From assembly GCA_026936335.1 (NCBI GenBank), contig JAPMXV010000059.1:186001-250000 (forward strand): a DNA stretch of 64,000 nt. The letters are read 5' to 3'. The translations under genes and the position numbers were made by a program. The notes beneath the pieces were generated by a model. The model saw only the letters and a list, made by a program, of their open reading frames with translations. It searched no databases and was not told the DNA's origin. Of this stretch, positions 12,504 to 23,581 are shown piece by piece. Origin of the DNA: Mantamonas sphyraenae STR306. Its lineage: Eukaryota; Protista; CRuMs. Numbering within the stretch: the stretch's first letter is position 1; each line of letters begins with the position of its first letter.

Positions 12504-12552
12504 CGGGGAGAGGAAAGGGTTGAGGTTGCGAGCGGCGGCGCAAGACAAAGGC

Positions 12553-13154
12553 ATGTCGACTAGCAAGGACATTGAACAGGTGTTGAACGAAACAACGTCG
12601 CAGGGCGGCGTGGAGGGCGTGGTGCTGGTGGACGACAGTGGCCTGGCCATTGCAAGTGAGTGCAAAATAGTCGCCAGAGGAGAAATGCAATGCACGGCGA
12701 CGTCGATGGCTGGCTGACACGGACACACGGTGGCTGTTGGGCGTGATTGGCACATTTACACAGCTGCTGGCAACGGCGTGGGCACTGCGTCGGGATTCCT
12801 CAAGTCGCTGGTGACGCGTGCGGACGACTTTGCCGGGGAGAACGCAACCGGGTCGCCGATTGTGACGGTGGAAACGACCACAAGGTAGGCTGTGGGAAGG
12901 CTGGAGAGGGTTCTGCCGCCGAGGAGGCATGCACACGGCTGGATACTGTGTCTCATCGGACACAGAATGGCCGAGACTGGGCGTGGCGTCGCTAGAGGCG
13001 TGGGAGAGTGTGGAATGGGTGTGCGTGTACATCGACTGACGCCCCTTGCACATGAATGATGTACGGATGGGATTGGCACATGGGACCACGCAGCAAGATT
13101 GTGATTCAGGAGAACGAAAAGTGCATCACGGCGGTGATCAAGAGCAACGCATGA
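12553..13154 (+). CDS. LAMTOR5: Ragulator subunit LAMTOR5/HBXIP (94 aa); exons 12553-12655, 12764-12884, 13094-13154
   Basis: Spliced product MSTSKDIEQVLNETTSQGGVEGVVLVDDSGLAIATAGNGVGTASGFLKSLVTRADDFAGENATGSPIVTVETTTSKIVIQENEKCITAVIKSNA matches the roadblock-fold LAMTOR5 pattern; intron phases add up. Confidence 0.85.
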
Positions 13155-13194
13155 GGCTGGAGGCCTGGTGCACGAGCTGTGCCACGGAATACCC

Positions 13195-15812
13195 ATGAGC
13201 AGCAGCAGCACCATCAACAACAGTGGCAGCAGTAGCAGCAGCAGCAGCAGCAGCAGCAACAATGGAGGGGGAGAAAACCTGAGTAAAACCGAATCTGGTG
13301 TGCATCCCGGCAAGGGCAAGGGCGTTGTTGTGCTTGTGCAGGGGTTCAAGTCAGGAACCACCGCCCAACATCTGCACCAGCTCTTTGTCCGCGCCTTGTA
13401 CGTCAACATAGCCGTACACTTTGCATCGCTGGAGGCTCGCGAGTAGGTTGCCATGTGTCATGTGGTGTGGTACCGTGCGGGGTGTGCCGTGCGACTGGGT
13501 CCGTGTTGGGCAAACCTTCGGGAACCTTCCGCTTGGGAACAGATCTAACACATTTCCCACACATTTCCCCCCGGTGTAGCTCTGCGTTTGTGACCTTTGC
13601 AAACGCCGAGGAGGCACAGCGTGCGGTGGAGTGGTATGATGGAGCCTTGTTGGACGGTTCGCGCTTGTTTGTGCGCCTGGCGATGCCTCACAAGCGCGTG
13701 GTGGTGGTTGGCGCGGGGTTGGCTGGCATGACGGCCGCTTTGAGTGCAGCTGAGGCCGGAGCGAGCGTGCGCTTGCTGGAGGCGGAGCCACGCGTGGGTG
13801 GCAACTCGGCAAAGGCCTCGTCGGGTATGAACGCGGTGCCCACGCCTGCGCAGGAGCAGGCCGGTGAGAACGACACGCTGGCCGAGTTTACGGAAGACAC
13901 CCTGGCAAGCGGCAAGGACAAGAGCGACAAGAAACTGGTGAAGGCTTTGGCCCAAGATTCACTCAAGGCATACAAGTTCCTGGAAGGCTACGGGGTTGAC
14001 CTGAGCAAAGTGAGCCGTTGTGGAGGACACAGCCACGCACGCACACACAGGTCGCAGGAGGGCGAGAAACCTGTGAACATCGGATGGTCGATTGTGAGCA
14101 GCCTCAAGGCGGTGGTGGAAGCACACGAGCGCATCGAGTTGATGACTGGGGCGCATGTCAAGGCGCTGATGCAGGAGCAGGGTGTGGTCACGGGCGTCGA
14201 GGTGACGATGCAGTTGGGCGTCACCGACTCGGACGACACGCGTGCAGAGCTGTGTCTGCCTGCTGATGCTGTGGTTGTGGCCACAGGAGGCTACAGCCAG
14301 AACAAGACGATGCTTCAGGCATACCGTCCGGACCTGGTGGACATGCCATCCACCAATGGTCCTTTTGCACAGGGCAAGGGCGTGCAACTGTGCACAGAAG
14401 CAGGTGGCATGGCTGTGCAGATGGACTGTGTGCAGTTGCACCCGACGGGCTTTGTGGATCCGGCCAACCCGAGCAGCAGCAGCAAGTTTCTTGCACCCGA
14501 AGCGCTTCGTGCAAGCGGCGCCATTCTCGTCAACGAACAGGGAGCGGCGTTTGTGGATCCCCTGGAGAAGCGTGATGCAGTGAGTGCGGCCATCCTGGAG
14601 CACTGTGCGGTGCACGAGGGCGCAAACGCACATGTGGCGTACATGATCATGGACGACGGCGTCGTGGAACGCTTCGGCGCAAAGGTGTTTGGGTTCTACG
14701 CTCATGTGAAGAAGCTTATCAGCAGCCACGAGGGCGTGGAGGCGCTGGCTCAGGCGATTGGATGCGATGCAAGTGCGCTGCAAGGAGCCATGGAAGGGTC
14801 GCAGTTGGATGCAAGCGCCTCCACGTTGTACCTGGCCATGGTGACGCCCAGCGTGCACTACACCATGGGTGGTGTGGCCATCAACGCGCAGGCACAGGTG
14901 CTGAGCGAGGCGTACATGGTGCCCATTCCCGGTCTGTTTGCCGCAGGGGAGGTCACCGGTGGCCTTCACGGCGCCAATCGTCTGGCGGGCAACTCGCTGC
15001 TGGAATGTGTGGTGTTTGGACGACGTGCAGGACGCTTTGCAGCCACTACCGAGTCGCGTCAGCCTGCGCTGAGTCCGCAGCAGTGGACGCCGCTGCGCTT
15101 CCGCGAGCTGGAAAAGGTGTCACCAACCACGTCGATTTTCCGCTTTGATTTGCCAAGTGCACAGCAGCAGTCGGGCCTGCAGCTCGGCCAGTACATTGCG
15201 GTGCAGGCCAACCTGGGCGGCGAAGATGTGGTGCGCTACTACTCGCCGTTCTCGCGTCCGGACGACTACGGGGTGCTGGAGCTGCTGGTGAAGATTACGG
15301 CGGACGGTACGATGACGGAGCATCTGAACAGCCTCAAGCCAGGCGACACGCTCAACTTCAAGGGTCCCATCGACGGCCTGGCGCTGGAGGTGGGTTCGAA
15401 GAAGCGCATTGGGATGCTGGCTGGCGGCACAGGCATCGCACCGATGCTGCAGCTGATCCGAGCCCATTTGCTGCACGAGCGCAAGGTGGGCGCCAACGAC
15501 GAATGTGTGTTTGACATGACCCTTGTGTACGGGGCCAAGGACGAGACGGAGCTGGTGATGCGCGAGGCCATCGAGCGCCACCAGAGCAAGCATCCGTGCC
15601 TCAAGACGTACTACGTGCTGGAAAACACACCCGAGGAGTGGACACAGGGCAAGGGCTTCATCACCAAGGACATCATCCAGGCCCAATTGCCCGAGCCGGC
15701 CGAGGATTCGTTTGTGGTGGTGTGCGGTCCGCCTGTGTTTTGCAGGATCATGAAGGGTGCGCTCAACGACCTCGGCTATCGCGAGGGCGAGCACTACTTT
15801 TCGTTTCTGTGA
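13195..15812 (+). CDS. RRM + soluble flavocytochrome c-type fumarate reductase + cytochrome b5 reductase-like (FAD/NADH) fusion; exons 13195-13442, 13580-15812
   Basis: RRM (VLVQGF; SAFVTFANAEEAQRAV..DGALLDGSRLFVRLA), VVGAGLAG, GGNSAKASSGMN, GGHSHARTH, QLHPTG, EALR, RD, HYTMGG, HGANRLAGNSL, then RYYSP, AGGTGIAPM, CGPP and terminal aromatic residue. Confidence 0.92.
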
Positions 15813-15881
15813 TCGCCAAGAGAGCAGAAGTGGGGAGAAGGAAGAGGAGAGAGGAAATGGAGCATGGCTTGGATCGCGATG

Positions 15882-17410
15882 TCAAAAAGGGTTGTTTGCA
15901 CTTTTGCCTCCTCGTGCTTCTTCGTCGACAAACGGACGGTAGGCGGATTGGCCAGAGGCGGTGACCACGACCTGGTCTTCACGGTAGTAGTCGTCCTGGT
16001 CGTCGAGGAGCCCTGTACGATCCATGGTGGAGTCGAGCTTGCGGAAGATTGCTGCACGAACGCTGGGTCGCGAGCAGATGATGCAGGAGAGGACCACGAC
16101 GCAGACAAAGACAATGATAATGGTCATCACCGGACTGGTGGTCTGCACGGTGGCACGGATGCGGAAGCGCACCACACCGGTGGTGTCGCTTTGGCGCGCC
16201 TGGACACCAAGCCACCACGTTTTGTTCGGCCATGAGTAAAAGTTGTTGAAGGTGATGTTTGTGGCGTACGCACCTTCGTTGGCCAGCACGTGGGTCAGTT
16301 CGGAAAACTGGCTGGCATTCTTGTTGCTGCGGTTCATGTCGGACCACTTGTCAAAGGCGCAGTCGTCGAAGCGGACAAAGACGGCGTAGAGACCCTTGCT
16401 TTCCTGTCGTGAGTTGGTGACATCCAAGTCGATGGTGAGAGCACTGAAGCCCGTGTTGGGCACCATGCGGAAGAAGGTGAGGGATCCCGAGTCTGCGGTG
16501 GGGTTGGGCATGGCGACGGCATCCACCCAGGTGCCATTGGTAGGCAGCAGGGAGGGCACCTCGATGGCTTCGACCTCAACCATGCGAGGGTAGGGCATGG
16601 AGACTTCGGACTGGTCACGCACGAGGAGGTGCCTGTCGCCGAGGGAGTTGCTCAAGCAAGGACTGCGTGTGCCCACCACCGTTCTGCCCGTGCCCAACAC
16701 GTTGAACGGATCCTTGGCCAAGTTGTCATTGAAGGAGGACTTGCTCAGATACACCTGGACGAGCTGCTGGTCGGCGAGGCCTCGCGCACGCAGCAGCACG
16801 GTTGGAGGCGGCTGGGTGTCCGACGCAGACGCCGGATACTGCAATTGAGCCAGCCCTGGCGAGGCAACGCCATCTGACGCTTCTCGCCCGTGTGGAGCAC
16901 CACCGTGGGCGCCTGCATGGAAAACACGGCGCAGGAGTACGTCACTGCGCCCGCAGCGGACGGGAAGAACGACACCTGCACGACGGCATGGGCGGCCAGA
17001 ATCTCCGCCGGATTCAGCGTCACGTTGAGGGAATACTCGGAGGCGGCGTTGCCAGGGTTGGAAGGGATGGCGTGGCCCACACTGACAAAGGACGTGTCGG
17101 AAACGTGTGCTTTGTACTCGACGTAGTAGCTTCCCGCCACCTGGGGTGCTTCTGCACGCCAGCGGAAGAGGAAAGCGCTGTAAGGGTCAATGGCGGTGGG
17201 GGTGGCCGCTTTGAGGGTGTCGACTTGAATGGCCCCGCAGTCCTTGGCGGACGTGCTGAGGACATCTTGGGGCTGAGGCGGGCTGAGGATCTTGAAGGAC
17301 TGTGCGTTGACGGAGCTGGCCACGAGGAGGAGGAGGAGGACAAGGAGGGAGACGGACCAGGGAGCGGCGACACTGGAAAGGGAGCGGCGTGGCCTGAGCA
17401 GGTGTTGCAT
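15882..17410 (-). CDS. Uncharacterised type I single-pass membrane protein; one apparent frameshift near 16850
   Basis: Signal peptide (SLLVLLLLLVASSVNA), beta-rich ectodomain, TM (MTIIIVFVCVVVLSCIIC), tail with YRPF and terminal NPF. Two ORFs join by restoring one G in TGG(G)CT. Confidence 0.75.
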
Positions 17411-17473
17411 GTTGGCCACGACAAAAGAGTTGCGCTGGCAGAGGCAAAGCAAACCGCTGGGCACCACCGAACG

Positions 17474-19886
17474 ATGAGCAGGGACAGCAAGTCGGCAAAT
17501 GAGGGACAGGTGGCTCTGGTGGTAGGCAAACTGTTCTCCAAGGCACCCCAGCTGATCCTGGCGCACCGGGTGTTGTTCTCCAAGCGAGACTGGAGGGAGG
17601 CGAAGGAAGCGGATTGGTTCAACTGCCATTTGGTGGAGATCAAAGCTGTGAAGGGCATGCTCAAGCCTTGGCTCAAAGGATTCAAAACGACGCCATTGTG
17701 GCTGGACATTGCCTTGCAGCAGCCCAGCAACGACGAGGGCGAGCGCGAGAAAGTGTTGTTGGAGCGATGGTGTTTCGAGTATCGTCCAAACCGAGAGTAG
17801 GTTTGTGCGGCGGGCGTGTGTGAGCAGGACGACAAAAGGGACTCGAGGCAGGAGCAGACACGTGAGCAGGAGTGCATGGATTTTAGCAAGAGATGCATGG
17901 GGAGCCAGAAGGATGCGCGAAAGGAAAGCGGCAAAGCCGGGGCGAGCCGGAAGCGGAGCGGGCAAAGACACGGAGGGAGCTCACACGGGCGCATGGACGC
18001 ACAGTGGGGGCCAGTGCGCGGGATACAACCAAGTATACAAGCGCAGCATTGTGTTGATGCGGTCGTTGAATGCGCTGCTGCTGCTGCTGCCCGCGTACGA
18101 GCAAGTGCGGAAGCCGCTGAACCGAATCCAAAACAGCGGCTTTGACGTAGGATACAGCGTGGACAAGCAGCCGTCGTCGCTGACGTTCGGCGATGCAGGT
18201 ACGTCACAGGTGTTGCGTGGCCAGGAGCAGGCATGTGTGCCCGTTTGGACACTGGATGCACGTGTGCGGTGACGCGGGGTTTGTGGTGTGGGAAATGGCC
18301 AACTCGGGGCTGACACGGTCGACGTGGTGGCGTGTGTGGAGAACAGAGACGCGTTTGTACAGTCTGGGGCGTGTGCACACAGGCGATGGAAGCATCATGG
18401 TCAGCGTGCAGGCAAGAAAAGACTGCAAGTTTGAGGTATGATGCTGGTGGAGAAATGGCAGCGCAGGGGGAGTGGACACACCACAGGGGGGAGGGGGAGG
18501 GGGCAAGTGCCAGCTGCTGACACGTGCACAGTTTATGCGAGAGCTTCACACGCAAGTGGACATTGTACAGGACTACAGTGGAGGGGACGGGGATTTGGAC
18601 GGGGGTGAGGTGGTTGCCGGGTCGGAAGACGACGGGTCACGCACGGGAGCAAACACGACCGAGGGCCAGGATGGCAAGGGAAGCAGTGGATTGTGACTCG
18701 GGAGGGCCAACGCGTGACAACGGGTAAGGGAAGGGTGGGCAGCGTCATTGGAATTCCACCGTATCCGTCGTCGGGAAGCGGTGAACAGGGCAGCAAAACT
18801 GGCCAATCGTCGCCCATCAACACACCGAACAAACATGCGGGAGGCCACAGTCGCAATGGAAGCAGCGGAAGCAGCAGCAGCAGCGGCAGCAGTGGCGGTG
18901 GAAACAGCGGATCGCACTCGCTGAGCGGCTCGGGTTATTCTCTGGGCTCGACGCCTCCATTTAGCGAGTGGCTGTCCACGTCACCAGGAAACACGGGCGG
19001 CTCACCGTTCATGGGCCAATCGTGGGAAAAACATTCTGCGGACACGGTGTTTAAGAACGTCAAGCCGTTCAAGCAGTCCTGGACGAGTACGGGCTCACCG
19101 AGTCTGGGCGGCGCGGGGGGCAAAATGGACAACGGGGCTACTCCGGGAGGCCAGGGGCGCAGCGGAGGCGCAGGGGGACGTGGCGGCTCCACCACAGGGT
19201 CAGGTAAAGCATCGCGGGAAGGGGATGCGGGCGATGTGAATGGCTCAGACCTGTTCCGCAAGCAACCGGTGCCTGGACGGAAAACGAAAGAAAACGGGCG
19301 TCGTGGAAGCACGAAAGACGTCGAAAGCTCAGGGCAGGGCACGGCCCAAGCAGCCAAGAACCCATCGCGTACAAGCGATTCGGGCCACAGCGGAAGTGGA
19401 CATGACGAGACACAGCAATTGGTGCTGCAGGATGCGGACGAACGAGCGCCAGCGGCGTTCAGCGAACTGGGTGCTTTCGAACATCGGACAGGTGGGTCGC
19501 ACAGCCTGCTGCCACTGGATTCCACACTGTTTGACGCACAGGGGAATGCCCAGGACGAGGGTCGATTGAGTGGGCATGCCAATCGCGAGGCCATCGACAA
19601 TTTTTTGAGCGATATGGACGAAACCTCGTTTGGTGGGGAAGACGGAGCGTCGTCGGTGGTGATGACTATGTCCATGGCACCCAAGCTGCGCATGTTTGAT
19701 ACCTCCAATGCATCTGTGGCCAGCATGCGATTTGAGACAATCCCGAACCTTCTGGAGGACTCGCCCGTCGGCTTTGTCGCAGACGGCTTTGTGACCGAGC
19801 AGTATGCAGAGATGGGTCGTTCCTTTGCCCATTTTGTGCAAGGCTTTGATGATGACGAGGCTGATGAAGGAGAGAAGGACGAATGA
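17474..19886 (+). CDS. ATG13: Autophagy protein ATG13 (HORMA domain + disordered tail); exons 17474-17796, 18005-18198, 18347-18435, 18532-19886; frameshift near 18690
   Basis: KAPQLILAHR, DWFN, PLWLDI, VLLERW, VYKRSIVLMRSLNALLLLLPAY, followed by a Ser/Gly-rich tail; intron phases consistent. Confidence 0.85.
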
Positions 19887-20023
19887 AGCGATGCGGCCCG
19901 TTTCCCACGCAGCCGGCGCCGTTTTGTCAAAGGCTCTGGAAATTTCAGTTTTTCTGTGACCCGCCCAAAACGGGCCACAAAAAAGAAAGTTTCGGCGCCC
20001 GACCGTATCTTCGTTGAACTCGT

Positions 20024-21989
20024 ATGGGAAAAGGACGAAGCAACAGTACCGCGGTAATGCCCAATCTTGGAAAGAGCGAGGAGAACGAGGACTACATGGA
20101 TTTGGCGGAGGCTGATGGGTGAGTTTGACGTGCTCGTCAGGGGCATTCAGCCCGTGTGTAATTTTCCGGTCCCATTCACCGACGACGGATCGTTTGGTAA
20201 TCAGGGCAACAGGAATGACGGTGGCGTGATCCTATGTTGAAGACACTTAGGATGGTGTTTGAGGCGTTCAGCATGCGTGGGGAGGGGCGGCGGAGGCTTG
20301 GATAGCAAGGGCACGGAAGGTGTGTTTGGGGACATGAGACGCGGCAAACACTAACCCCCCCGCAGCCAGAAACAGGGAAGCAGGAGTTCTGGTACGTGAC
20401 GAGAGTGGTCCAACGCGTTTGGGGGATGAGTTCCACAGCGTTTGATGGCGTTTGAACGACTGTGTACAGTCCATGTCGGGCGTTGAGGCGAGCCGGCCCC
20501 ATGCCGCCTCCGGACTCGCTGAGGACAGGCGGTCACAAACCGCGGACCTATGCGCCTTGCACAATCAGCACACGGGAGAGGCTTGGGAGGAGGTACTAAC
20601 ACTGAACACCCAATTTCCCGGGATACAACTGTGGTGAACACGTCGTTCTGCGCCGGGGGACGCTTCGCTGAGACAGGTCTTGAACGAGCAACTTCTCGTT
20701 CGCCCCAGGGCAGGAAAGAACGAAGCACAGCGGAAGTAGAGGAAGACATGGACAGCGTAGAGAGCCGTGTACAACACATCATCAACAACCCATTGCCTCC
20801 GAAGCAGGACGACACATCGGGGAGGCTGTTTCTGCAGAAGTTGATGAACGAGACATTTGAGATGGAGCTAGTCGAACCGCCGTTCACGGCGCAAAGCCTG
20901 AAGGGCAGCGTCATGTCGTGGCCCGGAAACTCGAATGATATGGGCACAGCAAGCAGCGTCGCAAAGGATTCGGGGTCGATGATGTCCTCCGAGCGCTTCG
21001 TGGACGAAACGTCGGCGCAGGAAAGCACGTCCGACCTGCCTGATCTGCGTCAGGTGCTGCTTTCCTCGGTTCATAATTGGCCCTCCAACTCGTCGTCTGG
21101 GTCCAGGCCAAACATGGGAAACACAGAGGTGCCTCAGCGTGGGATCCACCAGGTGGCGTCTATGCACAACCTTGCGTACGGACAGAACAACAACAGCAGC
21201 AATGCGCAGAGGATGTCCAATTACCTTGGTGGAGCGGGAGGAAGCATGTCGGCGATGGGTGGGATGTCCATGGGAGGCAGCAACCCGTTTGCCATGATGG
21301 CGCCTTCGGCGTTGGGTGGGATGTTTGGCGGGTTCGACACAAGCGGCGGCATGGACTCTATGAACACATCTGGATACGGCTCGTCGGTAAGCCGTATGGG
21401 CATGCAGGGAACCACACACAGCATGAGGCCAGACTACCAGTCGCAGCTGAAACAAAAGGCAGACCTTCTTCTGAAGCGCCCTCCGAGCAGCGAGGTGCGG
21501 CCGCGCGCACGCAATTGGCAGGCTTATCTGGATAGCTCCGGGGTAGACAACCTTGAGGAGTACGTGCAGGAAAGCCGGGCGGAACTGGTAGACAAAACGG
21601 ACGAGGACATTGCGTACGACCTGCTGCGCTTCTCGCGCAACGAGCGTGGTTCCGGCTCGCAGAGTCCTACAAACTCGGAGGGATCCAACTCGTCAGGCGA
21701 GTACAGAGGCACGAGAACAGGCACTCGCTCGGGCAGGCGGGAACGCAGCGGATCCACATCCAAACTGCTTGTGTCGGAATCATCGGTCCGTCATGAAAGG
21801 TTGCGCAGTGCGTCGCGCATCCTCAACGATTGGTTTTATGACAACTTCCGCAACCCATACCCGTCGTATGCACAGAAGTTGGTGCTGGTCGACAAGACGG
21901 GTCTTTCAATGAGTCAGCTCAACAATTGGTTTGGCAACAAGCGAATCCGTGTCAAGCGCCAGCTCAAAAAGATTGCCAAATCTCAATAG
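20024..21989 (+). CDS. TALE-class homeodomain protein, PBX/PBC-like (~477 aa); exons 20024-20118, 20366-20391, 20677-21989
   Basis: C-terminal ILNDWFYDNFRNPYPS..TGLSMSQLNNWFGNKRIRVKR. The 5' exons are inferred from GTGAGT/CACTAAC/CAG and GTACGT/TACTAAC/CAG signals with matching phases; exact start and exon 3 acceptor are less certain. Confidence 0.88.
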
Positions 21990-22022
21990 ATTCGCTGTTC
22001 ATGTGTGCACACCCGTGTGTTG

Positions 22023-22440
22023 TTTCCCGCCCACCGAAACTTCCGTCGTCAACATGCGTGCGTGAATCTGCGTGTGCCGTCGGGTGGACCACAACAACCA
22101 ACCTGGGAAATGGCGTACAACTCGGGATTCAGTTTTGACGGCGCAGGTGGATTCGACTCGTCGAGTGCAGGGGGCTTTGGATCTGCATCGGGCGGGTTCT
22201 TTGCAGACAGCGACAACAAGCCGAGCGGGGGCGGGTTTGGCGGCGGCGACAGGACGTCGCGTCCCAACACGCAGCAGTCGCTGACGCCGCTGACGTTGAA
22301 GCAGCTGAACAATGCAAAGGACGGAGATGCGGACGGGCAGGTGGTTGTGGATGGGCACGTGCTGGACAGGGTAGGTTGTTGAGGATGTGGGAGGAGAAGA
22401 GGCGTGTGTGGTTCCTGGGAACGCGCGGGAAATTGGCGCG
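22023..22440. promoter_or_regulatory. Candidate E2F/DP sites of RPA2: TTTCCCGC at 22023-22030 and GCGGGAAA-TTGGCGCG at 22425-22440 (intron 1)
   Basis: Match to the TTTSSCGC consensus at a replication gene; function inferred only. Confidence 0.45.
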
Positions 22441-23366
22441 CTTTGGGTGTCGCCAGCGTGGAAGGAGCAAGAAGGGGGAGGTGTGCGGTATGACTGACAT
22501 CTGTGTGTGTGTGTGTGTGTGCTGCGGTGTGCTGCATGTGTGTCGTGTGTGCGTGTGTGTGCTGGTTTGCGTGAGAAAGGTGTGCGTGGTTGGGATGATT
22601 CTGAGCGTGCAGGCAGGGTCGACAAACACAAACCTGGTTCTGGACGACGGAACAGGTACGGCGGAGGTGCGCGAGTGGTCGAACGATGAGGACACAGAGT
22701 GGCAGAAGCAGCAGCGGCTGCTGTGGACGTAAGTGGAGCGTAGTCGGAGGGAGCGGGGGAGGAACAACACGTGGGAGGTGTGTGTGATGATCAGGAACGG
22801 GAAGCGAGTTTTGGGGCGAAACCGCTGGGGGATGATGGGTTGAGGGGGGCAGCTGACACGGGGAGGTGACGCTGTGCACTGGGTGTGTGTGATGGACCGG
22901 GGACAGTGAGGGATCGTATGTGCGTGCTGTGGTGCAGGTGAAGGCTCTGAACAACCAACGGCGGTTTGTGGCGTCGCAGGTGTTTGTGGTGGAGGACAAG
23001 AACGAGTTGACGCACCATCTGCTGGACTGCATCCGAGTGCACTTGGTGCGTGAGAAGGGCAGCGGCAGCGCAAGCAGCAGCAGTAGCGGCGTTGGAAACG
23101 CGATGGAGACGGAGAGCAAAGGTAGCGGAGGAGCGTACCGGCCTCAGGATTACACAAACGCAGGCGGGATGGACAAGACACAGCAGGCAGTGCTGGATGT
23201 GATCAAGCAGGGTGGGAGTGGAGACAAGGGGATGCACATTGACGATGTGACGAGCCGACTGAGTGAGGTTGCGGATGGGAAGCAGGTGCGCGAGGCAGTT
23301 GACTTTCTGTGCAACGAGGGTCATCTGTTTTCGACGTTTGATGACAATCATTTCCGTGCATGCTGA
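22110..23366 (+). CDS. RPA2: Replication protein A 32 kDa subunit, copy 1 (289 aa); exons 22110-22370, 22580-22728, 22907-23366
   Basis: Gly/Phe-rich N-tail, QSLTPLTLKQL, LDDGTG, NELTHHL, winged-helix C-terminus FLCNEGHLFSTFDDNHF. Confidence 0.95.
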
Positions 23367-23581
23367 TGCTGGAGGCGGGGATCAAAGGAGGAGGGGCGTG
23401 TTTGTGGGGGGATTTCGGAACTGCACACTGCTGCCGTCCTGCGGATCGTAGGGAATACAAGAACCTCGCAAGATGCGCTGTTCACTGAACCATCCAGCCC
23501 GCCCACCGAAACTTCCGTCGTCAACATGCGTGCGTGAATCTGCGTGTGCCGTCGGGTGGACCACAACAACCAATCTGGGAA

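Noticed and set aside
19896-19976. 9 bp inverted repeat ggcccgttt/aaacgggcc
   Set aside because: Short, compatible with chance, no recognisable RNA family.
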